64,000 bases of DNA from Camelus dromedarius. Lineage: Eukaryota. The translations under genes were made by a program, and so were the position numbers. Of the stretch, positions 39,138 through 52,900 are shown piece by piece. The first letter of the stretch is position 1; each line of letters begins with the position of its first letter. The stretch is taken from positions 79,424,001 to 79,488,000 of the forward strand of contig NC_087436.1 in NCBI RefSeq assembly GCF_036321535.1. Reading direction: 5' to 3'. The notes under the pieces were generated by a model. The model did not search any database, was not told where the DNA came from, and worked only from the letters and a program-made list of their open reading frames with translations.

Positions 39138-40784
39138 GCCATGAAGTGTTTTCCATTATATGGAGCATGGAATAATCACCCTTGCCCAAGGTGATGACCA
39201 TCTATGCAAAATATAAAACCACAAGTCTGCGATGAAAGAAGCGAGCTCCAGGATAAGGGTGTGAGTTTTTACCAAATTTTATTGTAATCATATATTTGGT
39301 CCACTTTCAGATGATAGTAGGTACCAAGGCTTTAAAAGTGAAAAACTATGGAAATCAACTTTTATCTCTGTTGAGAAAGATGAGAGATCTAAGTCCTGAG
39401 TTTGAGAATTTCTGCACAGATCAACAAGGAAGAGAAAAGGACGCAACCAGATTAAGACTGCGTTTATTATCATTTGTGACTTGCCACTTGAAGCTGGGAG
39501 ATTAGGCCTCTATTTATAGCCTGTTCTCTAAGCGCCAGTGGCATGTTCCTTCTTTGCTCTGTGGGATGTTGTGCAGGGGTCCTGACGTAGTCAGATCATG
39601 TACGTGCTTTAGTTTATTTATTCTCTATCACTTATTTTCTTACTCACTTGAAAAGACACTTTTTTTTTTACCTCTCTATTTAATCTCTCCTGAGCCCAGC
39701 AATAATTGAAGTTTTTGCCTTGACATATCTAATAAATTGTCTTTTTGTCCCTTCAAGTGTGCCAAAGTCCTTAAGTATAATGATTACAATGCCTTTTCCC
39801 GTTTGTTTTGCTTTTCTCCCACCTCCCCAGATCAAGTCAATTTAGACATTGTTAGCTTGTGCAATTGTAATCATCTCAGTAATATTCAAAACTAGAAAAA
39901 TCGCTGTTGGGATTTTCTGGAGCACTGTCCAAAGAGTTCACTTGCAGGTTTTGAATTATGATGTTAATGGTAGGTAATTTTGGAAATGCAGAAAAGAAGT
40001 GTAAAGAAGAAAATAGTGAATCATGTCTTGGTGTATTTCTTTACACTCCTATATTTATTCAGAACAAAACGGGAGTTCACTTTCCTGCTTTTAAATTCTC
40101 TCAAACCAGTGGTTCCTCACAAGCATAACATTTTCCCTATGCATCCTAATAGGTCAGAGGCCTGGTGGGCAGATGTCTCGTTAGTGACTTCATGGATTCC
40201 TTTCCGGCTTTCCAGCTTTCACGCTGATCCTTCTGCAAGCTTGTTTCTGATACAGGCGGTTAGGCAGCTTTGAGTGTGTCTCACCTTTGAACGCCTACTT
40301 TGTTATGAAAATAATATTCTTTGTGCTCTATGTTTATGTCTTTACATGTCTTAATCTCGTTTAATCCTCATAGCAATCCCATGGGACAGGAACTAGTATC
40401 CTCATTTTACTGATGAGGAAACAGGCTGAGAAGGATTAGGTAACTTTAAGCCCACGCAGACTTGATGCCATAGTCTGTATTCTTGCCGGTCATGCTTCAC
40501 GACCTTTTCAAGGAACAGTTTATTGGGGGTATGAGGTGTGTATGAGGGGTTTAAATAGGGGAAACATGATCTTTCCCTCATTTTATTTAGGCATTATCAG
40601 TAACTAATATAAAAGTATACCTGGGACTTGGAATACTATTACATCAGAGATTCAGTGGGGTCTCTCTTCCATTCAAATAGCACCAGGGCTTAATGATTAA
40701 TTTCACATCTGTATAAGCATGGTTTACATATTTTACATCCCGTCTGTGGCACAGTTTACATTAATACTTCTTGTTTTTGAACAG

Positions 40785-40851
40785 TGGGCCACGATACGAA
40801 TTGAAAAAGGAGTCTCAAAGAAATCAGTTCTTAAACACTCAGCTTCTGTTG
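40785..40851 (+). CDS. GPAT3: GPAT3 second coding exon
   Basis: 67 nt bounded by tttttgaacag and gtgagt. Encodes WATIRIEKGVSKKSVLKHSASV(G), in frame with the previous exon. No further GPAT3 exon was recognised in the window. Confidence 0.94.
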
Positions 40852-43402
40852 GTGAGTCTTCCTTTTTATTATGATGGTTAAAGTATCCAAATTGGGAAGA
40901 TTTGTAGCTACCCAGTTTGAACTTGAAATATGCATAGAGTAATGCATTTTACGGGCCTTGGATTGTTCATAAGTCTGTCCTTTATGCAAAATAGCAGCTG
41001 TCCGAGTTTTGAATGAGTTTTTACTGTAAAGGTGGGTAATACGTACTAGCTCTTGGATGTGTTCTTACAGGCTATTTCTAAAGGTGTGTGTTTAAAGATG
41101 TTTGCCCACAGTAGTTACTGGTCTTAAGAAAAAAAAAAAGGCTAATTGGAGTACCTGGGGTTAAGTTAAACCTATTTTTGAGGTTTTGTTAGCACCTTAT
41201 TCTAACTTGTGGTTCTCAAAGTGTGTTCCTCAAAATATTCTTTCTTGCTAAATACTAATCGGTAATTCATTAAAAAAAAAGAAAGAAACTCCCTTGTGAA
41301 AGAAGCGTGGGAATCACCACATACTACACCTTCTTTTTGGAGAGTAATACTGCAGAGTGACAAAGACTCAGGAAAATCCTGTGTTAAAAGAGACTGGCTT
41401 AATTTTTGCTAGAAGTGTTAACAAATCAACCGAGCTAACCAGTCCCTGCTTCTATTTGTATGCTTTGCTTTTGTCCCAATAAACCTTTCACTTGGGTTAA
41501 GAATTTTAAGAATTTTTTAAGACACCAGGTTCATAGTGGGGTAGAATTCTATGGAAGTGATGGCCATGAAATTAGGAAGAAGTAAACCCTTGATTTAATT
41601 AAAAGATTAAGCCTTTGTGTGTTCTTCAAAAATAATGTGGGAACAACTTCGTGTCCATCTAATTTAGAGTTAAAGATGGTCAAAATGTCATATACTTCAC
41701 TAGAAGAAGCATATCTTCTGGAGGCTTGTCTAAGAGGAGTTGTAGAAATTATATACTATACTGAAATTTGGAAATAAGGAATTTGAATGAAAGCACCTGT
41801 GTAATTAGATTGTTACGTTCAAATGATTGAACCAACTAGTTTAACATCATAGTGTCTACTTAAACACCAAAGGATTAGCACTGACAACATTTTTTTTACC
41901 AATATTGGATATTTTTGGCTATTCTTGATCGTCTTTTTTATTGCCAGATACCTTCTCTTGGGTATAGCAGATCTAATAATTTAATTTTTCTGGGTACTTT
42001 TTAAATATGTGTCCTTGTGATTTAGGGAGAGAACAGAGTTTATTGCTGATTTTTTGTCGTACTTGGTGAGACTTTGGGCCATCATTGATCTTGGGTGAAA
42101 TTCTATGGGGCCTTATAGATTGGGGTGGTGATGGTGTATGTCTTGGGCCGTGAATTTAAAAGGGCACAAAGTATTTCAAATTTGTAGCTTTAGAGGATTA
42201 AAAAAATCACCAGGAGAGGGTGTTTGTAGCATTGTTTTAGTTTTTCAGCCTATCTGGAAGTGAATATTACCACTTGTTGGATTTTTTTTTTTTTTTTTTT
42301 TTTTGGCTTGCATCTGTCTTTTTCTATTTTTGGTCTGTCTTTTTCATGGTCCCCCCAGGAGGGAGTGGAAGTGAACAGGAGGAGAAAATAGATGTCACAA
42401 TGGTAAAGAGGCTGATGCCTACAAAATTTGTCATGTTTCATTCAGCGTGGCTAGCCGCCTTTTTAGCCATTGACATTGGGAATTGACTATTGCAGCTACT
42501 AAGCATTTACTACCTGTGAGGTTGACTGGGGATCCAAAGGTGATTAAGATGTGGTTCCTGTGGGGTGAGTCATCCAACAGGCCACTGTGATAAATGGTAA
42601 AATCATTACATAAGCAAAGGATGATGTGAGATCTCATTTAGTCTTTGCCTTGTGCTGCTTTCATCTCTGTTAACCCCACAACTGTGCGTGGTATGCACCT
42701 CCACTCCCATCCTGACTTACGTCCTGTGTGGGTCGCCCTGTTGCAGGGTGTGTTCCCTGTTGGTGCATGTGGGTGTTTGGAGTCAGCCGAGAGGTAGGAT
42801 CACAGTCCTAGACAGAGGGAGGGTGATGAAACATACCGAGCACTGTGTGCTGGTTGGCTGGTGTAATTTCCTCCCTTCAGAGCATCATGTCTCTGTACTG
42901 TAGCCAACCAGAGCACAAGTCAGGGTGGAGCTGGTCAAAGTTTAAGCAAGGGTCACTGGCAGGCCACAGGCCCTAGGGATGGGGGTGCGATTTCGAGGTG
43001 TTTGAATGATATAGTGCTGATGATAGGTTTGGGAAGCCAAGAGGGAGAGATGAGCTAAACAAGGACAAGACTCATGTTTATTTTCTGCACCAACAAATTC
43101 CATCTGCCACTCTTACTTGGTGAAGCACATTTTTGGAAACACTTTTCAAATCTCCCTCTCCAGTTAAACCCCTCATGTATTCTGTTTCTTCTGTGTTTTT
43201 ATTGAGTAAGCCGACTGAAAGCTGGACCTAGGGAAGGATTATCTTTCTACTTAGATATTTCTCTGCTGTCTTTGGCTGTACTCTACTGTGTCTTCTGTTA
43301 AGACACTGTCTTGGCTTATTGAGCTTCAGATATGATATGAGTAAGAGCTCTTTAAGAAGCTGTATCAGTGCATCTTCTGCTTCTAGGTTTAAGGACTTTT
43401 CT

Positions 43403-43543
43403 CTCTCTTTTTTTACTACATTCTATTTTTATTTTTTTTATTTTTTATTGTACTTATTTTTTTAATGGAGTTACTGGGGATTGAACCCAAGACCTCGTGC
43501 ATGCTAAGTATGCCTCTACCACTGAGCTATACTGCTCCCCTCC
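43403..43543 (-). mobile_element. tRNA-derived SINE (Vic-1-like) with TSD
   Basis: Reverse SINE flanked by AAGGACTTTTCT. Confidence 0.88.
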
Positions 43544-45079
43544 AAGGACTTTTCTTCGTTGTTAATACAATAATGAAGATAAATTTTCTTCCCCACTTCA
43601 AGTAACTATGTTATAGGCAGGCATTCAACTTCAGTGGAGAATACAATTACCCTCTACCCTAATTTTTGCTGATGCGCTAGAAAGTAAAACAAGAAAAGAG
43701 AAGGGTATTGGCTTTTTTGCATCAGCTGTGTTTTTACCTCTCCAGCCATAGGACAAGTTTATCTCCTCGTGGTCGGATGGAGATTTTAACAACTTTTATT
43801 TTACTCTGCTGTAAGTAGTGCAAGGGACCATTTGACTTTTAAGGAGCCACCAACCAGCCTCACTCTTTGGGTACCTGATTTCCAGGACTTATGCTGTCAG
43901 ACTTGAATGAGTTTGTAATTTTGATTGCGACTGAAATGAATGTAATTAATTATGTCATTTTCATGACACAGGATTAATTCCACTGTAATTGCATTATGAT
44001 GCTAGGACTTTCTGAATGATGACCAACTAAATGTCGACAGGCAGGAATAAAGGTCTGCATTTGCTCTTGTCTAGGGAGTGAGTCACAAACAATACAAATA
44101 AATGAAAGCTATGGCTCCGTCCTTCTGGCAAGGTCCCCTGGAGTGTGTTGCCGGACTGACTCAGCACTGTCGGCTGTGGGAAAGGCACCCACCTCCTCTG
44201 GGCCTCCAGGTTGCCCTGTTCCAGCAGGCGCCAAGCACGAGGATTTGGGGTCACATGGCCTATTGTTAATTAAGCCTCTGGGCTGAGTTTCTCCTCTGCC
44301 CTGTATCTCTTGCCCCCCAGCCCCTGCCTGCCTTCCGCCCAGACACACGCAAGGGACAAAATGCTGTGACAAAGCTTCTGATGTCCCTCCCTGTTCAGCG
44401 AGAGTTCAGGCTGCCCAGTGTTTCCCTCTAATTTTACATCTGGAATTCTTTCTGTGAGAACCGATTAACCGGGTCGATACCAGTTCAACATCTGTTACAT
44501 CAGCAGTAATCAGATCTCCTGACTTCCCAGAAAATGTGGGACAATGTGCTGTAACAGAAATTTGAGGAGTGTCATTTTTCTGTGCTCATTTTGTCTTGGG
44601 CAGGCTGTTTTTGATAGTCTGTTTAAATCAGCTAAATTGATTTAGCGCTAATTGTCCTGGTGTAAGCTCTGCTGTCCTCAGGATATGGACTACACTACAT
44701 TTAATGGGTTATCTTGCTGATAAAATCCTAGGACCTGTTCTAGCTAGGTGTAGAGAGAAAAATAACCCACTTACGGCACACGGAAGGATTAGAGGTTGAT
44801 TTTCTTTATCACAGCGAAACGTCTACTTGCTTACATTAGTCTACCTCTGTTGGTAGGTCTTGTGCCTGATGGTGATGATGATGAAGACAATTTTCAAACA
44901 TACACAAAAGTAGAAAAATAGTATAATGAGACCCATACAGGCATCTTTTGTCAAGATTTTGCCGCGCTTGATTCATCTGTCACCCCTCAGTTTTCGCTGA
45001 AGTATTCAGTGCAGATTTAAGATGTCATGCCTTTTCATACATTTTTTAAAAAAAGGACTTTAAAAAATAACCACAATAA

Positions 45080-45220
45080 GCTCTCAGCGAAAAAAAAATG
45101 TGACAATGACTATATATGTTCATGTATAACTGAAAAATTGTGCTCTACACTGGAATTTGACACAACATTGTAAAATGACTATAACTCAATAAAAAGTGTT
45201 AAAAAAAAAAAAGAAAAAAC
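45080..45220 (+). mobile_element. Young L1 3' end with poly-A
   Basis: TGTGACAATG..TATATATGTTCATGTATAACTGAAAAATTGTGCTCTACAC...AACTCAATAAAAA plus an A tail. CCACAATA is repeated on both flanks. Confidence 0.8.
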
Positions 45221-45904
45221 CCCCCACAATACTGTTCCCCTTTAACAAGCTTAATAATTTCTTAGTATTGTCTAATACACAATCCATATATAAATTTCCC
45301 TAATAGTTTCAAAATGGTTTGATAATTGATTTGTTTGACTCAAGATTCAGTCCTAGTCCACAGATATGTTGTTTATTTATTTATTGGCACTGCTTTATTA
45401 GACATATGGAGTTTCAATTTTTCTTCTTGGAACAAAATATGGGAAAAGTAACTAATACTTAACAGCCTATGATTCTGAAAAAAATTCACTAACATACCAT
45501 ATATTTTAATCCTCATATCTTAATACAGCTCTGTAGAAGGCAAAGGTTTGCTTTTTTGTTGGTTTGTTTGAAAACTGTAAAATTAGCATTTGCATTTCTA
45601 AGTGCAATACAATGAAGACTTAGTTCAGTGACACTTCGGAGAGCACTTTGGCAATTCGTAGCAAAGTTGAAGACCCACTGCCCTTTGACTCCATGATTTC
45701 ACTTCTGAAATATTGAACACACCCAAATGCTCAGCATGTGTGAATTAGGTGGAAACGTGGCGACAACCCAGTCACTCCTCAGGAGGAAAATTATGCTTTA
45801 TTTATACTATACAGATTTACATGAAGAAAACAAAATGGACAAATCTCAAACAATGTTGAGAGCAAAGAACTGTATAGTATAATAACATTCAAAATTTAGA
45901 ATCT

Positions 45905-46140
45905 TTCACTATCTTATAATAACCTATAATAAAAAAGAATATGAAAAAGAATATGCATATATGTATATGTATAACTGAATCACTGTGCTGTACACCAGAA
46001 ACTAACACAACATTGTAAATTAGCAATCTTCAATTAAAAAGAAAATTTACCGGGAGGGAAATAGCTCAGTGGTAAAGCTCATGCTTAGCATGTATGAGGT
46101 CCTGGGTTCAATCCCCAGTACCTCCATTAAAAAAAAAAAA
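45905..46140 (+). mobile_element. L1 3' end (45905-46045) followed by a SINE (46052-46140)
   Basis: ATAACTGAATCACTGTGCTGTACACCAGAAACTAACACAACATTGTAAAT, then a SINE head with poly-A. Confidence 0.8.
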
Positions 46141-46621
46141 TTGGTACATTCAATAGATACTATATATTTATGTAGATATATGTAGGTAAGTATAAAATAC
46201 TTGCGGAAATGCTATATGGTAGGATAATGGTTAGCTCCTAGGAGGGAGGAAAAAGGTGGGGAGGTGGGCTTTAACTGTATCTATAATTTTTTCTTTAAAA
46301 AAAAGTCTGAAGCAGATATGACAATGGGTATCTTTTTTCTTTTGTTGAACTCATATTTTTTGGTTAAACTTATATTTTAAACAGAAACATTAAAAAGCCC
46401 CAACCAAATAAAATATCAATAATCATTCAGCTGGAGACTTTCTTTAGTCCGATGAACGGAACCAGTTTTATATGAATAGAAAAGAGGCACCAGCCACAGG
46501 AGTGTGACTGATGGTTACCCACTCCAAAATACATCTCCCGTCAGCGAGACCAGGGCCTGGAATTTTAACTTAAACCCGTGGAACACAGGTCTTGTTGACT
46601 GAAGTATACAGCCTCCTAGAG

Positions 46622-46858
46622 CTGGCTTTTACAACCTCAGTACTGCTGACATTTTGGGCTGAATAGTTCTTCATGGGGAACAGTCCTCTGCACTGTAAGA
46701 TGTTTCGCCGTGTCCCAGGCCTCTACCCACTAGATGACAGTAGCACACCCCTAATGTGACAGCCACAGTGTCTCCAGACGGCGCCAACTGTTCCCCGGGG
46801 GCAAAATCCTCCTCTCCCCTCCCCCAGCCCTCCTTCCACTCCTTGTGGAACCACCTCT
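46622..46858. mobile_element. MER20-like DNA transposon
   Basis: CAACCTCAG.ACT..TGACATTTTGGGC...CCTCTACCCACTAGATG.CAGTAGCAC...GTCTCCAGAC...GGGGGCAAAATC. Confidence 0.8.
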
Positions 46859-48589
46859 CTCGGTGAATAATGCATTACTCTGTTGGTACCACTATCATTG
46901 GCAGAATTTATTTTGCTTTTCTAACTAATAGCCCCTTGAAGGAGCAGGACTTGATTTCTGCAGTTTTTGGTGGCTCTGGTTTGGGGGAAGATGGAGTGCG
47001 AGGTAAGGAATGGGAACAACATGGTTAGCAGAGAACACTGGATGGTGAGAGAGGAGGCATGTTCCTTCTGGACAAGGGACTCTTCCGCCAAACTTCGCCT
47101 TGGAATCTGAGGGAAATATGCTGACTCTTTTGGAGGGAGCTTTACTTTAGAGTGAATTAGAGATTGCATATGACTTGGTGCCCTCACCTCTGAAAGCATA
47201 GATGACTTAGGATTTAATTCTGGCCAGCGGTGAGTAAGCGGGATGGGGTGGTTCTGGCAGGAAAGAGGAAGGATGATAGAACGTCAGAGCAGATGAAGGG
47301 TCTTAACTGCATTGTGAGTGAGGGGTGGAAAAGGTACAGTTTAAGCCTGAAGACACAGAAAGGAAGGCTCCCATCCTAAGAAACTAGTTTTCCCAGTATA
47401 TTTTAGCTTGTAAAATGTACCGTTATTTTTCAGATTGCTTTTTTTCCCATAGAGCTGTTACAAAGTAGATGACTTGCCCTATGCCCTGTTCGTATTTTCT
47501 GTGAAGCTAGTTTTTTTTTTTTTTAAGTAACTAATATAAGCAGGTTTTTAATCTTTCTATCCTCAGCACTAACGAGCTGTTGGAGATCTTGCTGGTGATT
47601 TAGCTCCCGTAATCCCAAACCTCCCAGCAGTTTAAAAGAGGGTATCTGTGTCTCAGAATTATGGAGGTTTGAAAAAGCTGGGTGAGAACTAAGACTCAAG
47701 GACTCTTTGAGGGTGAACAGGTAATAGAATCAGACGATTAGACAGTCAACTCAAGAACACGTCCCCTGTTTATTTAGCGTTCTCTTTATTTTGTGGAGGA
47801 GCGGACATCTCACCTAGTACCCACAGAATTCAAAATCCAGCTTGTCATTTTAGAAGGGTTCTCCAAACCAGGCTCCCTTCTGGCCACCCTTCCCCACAGA
47901 GGAAACTCCAGTCAAAACATCAAAACTTCTCCATTTTGTTTCTACCTTACAGACAAGAACCTATCGATAATAGTAATTACCACTGTTGTTAGACACCGAC
48001 TCCCCTGTGCAAAATTATTTACACTATTTACATGAGGCTAATAGTTTATTAATCCCCATTTTACTGATCAGGAAACTCCAAGTGAAAAAAGTCAAGTAAA
48101 TTGCTTCAAGTCACATCGCTAGTCAAAGGCAGCCTGAAAAGGAATCACAGTTTCTCTTTTCCTACTCAGAATCCCTTGCCACCACTCACTACCCAAAACC
48201 ATGCCTTCCTCACCAGCATCTCCAGCCATTGCCTTCTGATTCTCCCACTGAAAGTTGAGGTTACTCTTTCGCAAATGGAAACTCCTCTGGTGAGTGTTGG
48301 CTTTGTCACATTCTAGGAAACTGGTAACATTTCAGTCACAAATCATCTACGGACATTTCAAAGAAACAAATCTATTAAGAATATTTAGTATTATAATCTA
48401 AGATACCATACACAAATGCCAAATTACAAGGTTGACATTTTAATTGAATCGATGGCTCATTTGATGATGAAGCTTTATGGACAATTCTGTGTTATGGGAT
48501 TTCTTGTTTAATTAAATTACTTACATCTGAGTTAACAAAGTTAATGTGGACTGTCAGCCAAGATATGAGTCAACAGTATATTGAATGAG

Positions 48590-48631
48590 ATGTTAAAATG
48601 TAAGTTGTTAAAATGTGAGTTGTTAAAATGA
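48590..48631. repeat. Short 15-bp-period tandem repeat
   Basis: TGTTAAAATGT(A/G)AGT repeated about 2.7 times. Confidence 0.85.
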
Positions 48632-49764
48632 AACTGCCTGTTATTCTAAATGCCTGCTGGTTTCTCTGCGATGTTAACTGACAACTGATTACAATGTCCA
48701 TAATCCACGTCATTTATGCTTTAAAATAGGTCTGAACAGATGGTTAATTCCATAATTAGTATTTATATCTGGGATTAAAAATCTTCCCTTTTATAATCAG
48801 CTTTGATTTTTTTGGAAGGTTTCTGGAGAACTACTGGAGTATACAATGATGAAAAAGGATGTTTAAAAAAAAAAGAAGAAAAAGGAGGTAGATTTTCTCA
48901 TCCCCCTTTCTCAGGAGACAAAAAGTGTATCTGTAGTACTTCTAGCCTAGTACTTTCAATCTTGATAACTGAGAGACACTAACAGAAAATTACTCTAAAT
49001 TTTAAAATAGGGCAAATTATTCTATTTTAGGTTTTATAAACCATGTAGAAAACAGGAAAGTAGAAGCTTTATTTCAGTAAAGCTTTTGATTCTATCTTAA
49101 TCCCAAATAACAGGGCTGACAAATCCATTCTTCCTGTTTCCCCTCCCGTGACTCTGGCAGACTCAGTAATTGATGAAATCTTTGTCATTGAACCAAGATG
49201 TGGCCTCAGAATCCTCCTTAACACAAACCTGCAGACAGCTTCTCATTACCAGCCGATTTGGAGTTGACCTTCCCTTGAAACCTTGTCACACTCCTGATCT
49301 GGAGATCAGACGGGGCCTCTCACACTGCTCATCGGAGGGTCACTAACTGAAAGGAGGGGAGCCTGCTGAGTAATTGGGGTTGGCATAGATTTGGTTGTAT
49401 TGTTTGAGGTTGCACTGATAACTTTGACTAATTGAAAGTGCAGTACAGTTGATTGAATGCTCTTAAATTAGGTTTTCAACAACCTGGGAAACATGAATAG
49501 AATTTAGTAATTTTGATGGTTTTGATGAATGAGCTGTCAGAGGGAGGGATGACATTCAAGATCCTCTACTCAAGGAGGGTGCTCCGGAGTGGGATAGAAA
49601 GCCAGGCTTGGTTATATGATAGAGAAAGCCCAGCTCCTTCAAAAGGCCAGAGGCAGAGTTATAGATAAGCAGGCAGGGGAGATCAAGGCAAAGCATAGAA
49701 AAACAACGCTGCAGTGCATACCAGAACCAGCATGTTCCACTATGTAGTGATGTTTTGCTTTCAA

Positions 49765-49913
49765 CTTTTTTTTTTAATTGGGGAGAGGTCATTAAATCTA
49801 TTTATTTATTTATTATTAGTTTTTTTTTTTTTAAGTGGAGATACTGGGGATTGAACCCAGGACCTTGTGAACGCTAAGAATGCACTCTATTATTTGAGCT
49901 ATACCTTCCTCCT
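49765..49913 (-). mobile_element. tRNA-derived SINE (Vic-1-like)
   Basis: Reverse SINE with degenerate TSD GTGATGTTTTGCTTT / GTGATGTGCTGCTTT. Confidence 0.85.
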
Positions 49914-52900
49914 GTGATGTGCTGCTTTGAATCACTAACCCTGGTCTTGGCCATGAAAAGTACTTAACGTGTGTCTTCTTTGTACCTGTGTTATATGTGG
50001 AACTATGCCTGTGAGCAATCCGGAGCCTAGTTAAGGAGCTAACACCAAGATCCAGATATTCACATGGCAGTTGAGAATCAGGCACTATTGATATTTATTT
50101 CCACAAACATATAAACATAATTAATTTAAAGAAGAAAATTCATGAATGTAGCATGAAAGGAGATAATTTTGGATGGGGGACATCAAAGAGGGTTTTTTGT
50201 GGATGTGTTGGTGTTGAGCTGGCCACGTGGAGGTGGATTGGGGTTAACTAAGGTGACAGCGTGTTCTAAACTGGGAAAATGAGGGAATAGTTTACATAGC
50301 AATGGGAGTAAGCTTAGTTTATAGAAGGGACAAAACATAGAAATAAGATTAGGTTACTAAAGGCCTTAAATGCAAAGCAGTTTAGATGTGATATAAAGGC
50401 ATAGATAAATCCAGATTTACTGTTTATATTAAGGGTGGTAGAGAGTAAATTCTGAAGCCATAAAAATGGTAAACAAGATCTGTGAAGGTTAGTTACTGAA
50501 TTAAGAAAGAAAAGAGGGTGACATTTTGCAGTTGGTTAATTAGAAGGAAGCCATCTCACTTTTTCTTCAGATTCGTAAAAGATGGAACAAAAAGACTGGC
50601 TTAAATTAAAGTAAAAAAAGAAAAATTGGTAGATGAAAGAAAAAATTTCTTGTTAATAAAAAATGATCAGAAAGCTGGACCAGGCTAGTAGGTAGATTAT
50701 GTAAAATTTTTGTACAAATAGCATAGAGAGTTGAGAATTTGGTAGGGGGAGTATGAATTATGTAACAAAACTTCATTTTTTTAGCAGCGGCTTGTCATCG
50801 TGGTTGTAGCAAGTTCCCTATAAAAGTTTTAAGTATTCCCGTTTTTCACCTGTCTGCGTGTGGTATTTATCTCTGAAACGCTGGCATCTGCTTGTGGGTC
50901 GCCGGTTCTATGGGCAGAAGAAGCAAGAAAGCTCGTCATCGGTTCTTTTATTCTGCCTGCAACCAGCAACTCTAGGCCTCTTCACCTTTCCTCTTTTCTT
51001 CAGGAGGTTTTGTACTAGAATTTCCCAGTTTTCTTTTCCTATTTCTTTTTGCTGAGGCACTTGGGGCAACATAAATTCTTGAATGAACAAGAAGGTGAGG
51101 GACCAGGGCACCGAAGCAGGCCTTGTACATCGAAGGCTGGGAGATGGGGAGCAGATAGCGGTGGTTCTGTGTTTGTTAAGAAGAAGCTCTTGGGGCTCAG
51201 AGAAAGGAGAGATCCTGTTGGGCTGGTGATTAGACAGATTTTTCCTTGGGTTGGGGTAGGAAGAAGCCTTTGATGTCTGGATGTCCTGGGGGTGAGCAAA
51301 ACTCTTAGGCAGGGACCTCTCCTTTGTGACAAAAGCTCTGCTCTGTCCCCTCTTCACTCACTTTTCCAGGTCAGGTGCCTAGTGTCTCTGCTTCTCTTCC
51401 TCAGAGCTCCGCTTCCCCCAGAGCTTGGGCTGGTTAGAGAAGAACTTCAGTTCCCTCAAGTCCTATCCCGTTTTCTGAATGTTCCTCAGGGAGCAGAACC
51501 AGTGGACCCCTTATGTCTCCTGGAACTTCTGGGACACCTGGTGAACCTGGGGAACAAGAGGAAAGAGCAGGATGCTCTCAGAGCCCTCTCCCTGTCTCGC
51601 CTCAGTGTTTCTCTCTGGGAACAGAAGTCTTGCCTCTGTGCTTCTCTGTGTTGAGTGCTGGGCAGCCCGCACCTGCTAATTTCATCGAGTGGACCCTGAT
51701 GCTCGAGGATGCAGGGGGCGCCATGGACAAACTTTGTGCGTGGGATCATTTGGCCCTTTTACCTTTGAGCATCTGGAAAGCTGCATTTTCTGCGGAGGAC
51801 AGCACCTTGGAGGAACATGGCTTCAGGCCTCTACAAAAAGTTCAGGTACTTTGGAGACAGTGCACATACGTAGCAAATGGCACCCTTCTTCAAGTTGTAA
51901 GAGAAAACAGCATTACGGGCAGTGATTTCGGGTATCCCTTTGTAACCAGTGGCATTCTGTTGGTCTAAGCAGAGGGTAAATTGGCAATGAATTCCAGAGA
52001 CGATCCCCTTAAAAAAAAAGAAAAGAAAAGAAAAGGGAAAAGACAATCGAGGCTGGATAGAGCATATAAATGTTGGCTATCTGTGACTAATAACATTCAC
52101 CTGCTTGGTAGACTGTGTAAAGTACTTAAGAGTCTTTGCAGAGGGTAAATGTATGCTTTTTTTTTTTTTCCCCAAGTGTGGTCAGCTTCTTGTTTATTAA
52201 GTTGATATCTGTTAATGTATCATGTGGATGAATCCTTTCCTCCTCCTGCTTCTGCAGTGATGTTGGCACAAATTCACATGCATAGATGGATAAATGGATG
52301 TCCTTATTTTCAATGACTCATGTGTTCAAAATGGTGAGTTCCCTTGCCAGTCAGTGGCCAACCCACCTGACTCTCCACAACAGATACCAAATGTGCGATG
52401 CCAGCAGGCGTTGTGAAATCCCAGTGTGTGACAGCGCTCAGCTTCTGATGCTCATCCGGCATCTATGCAGTGGGCTGGTGCCCAGGATTGTTAGTCAGTA
52501 GAGAAGCGTGTGTATCAGACTACAGGTACCAGGAGGAGAGAGAAAAACAGGCATTTTATAATCAACGAAAAGAAGTAACACCCTTTTGTCTTCCTTAAAA
52601 AGGAAGGGCATTGCCTTGCCAATTCACCCTTATCCTCATCGGACACCCACTGTGTCCTCTAGTACAAGCCTGAAACTTATAAGTGATATTTCGTAAGTTT
52701 GATATAACATGATCTTTTTTTTTTAGTCTTTGCTAATAATCAGTTAAAACAACTCCTGCATCATGTAATGAAGAAGGTTGATGGCTCATGGGCTCAAGGA
52801 AAACAAAAAAGGGGGAAATAGAATTCTGCTGAAACAGAGAATTTTGAGTGATTTTGGGAAAGGGGGTATCCAGTGGAAGAAATTATAAGCAAAGTAGGAG

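Noticed and set aside
50908..51968. Cluster of overlapping 70-150 aa ORFs
   Set aside because: No recognisable domain, mostly non-ATG starts and no consistent exon structure.
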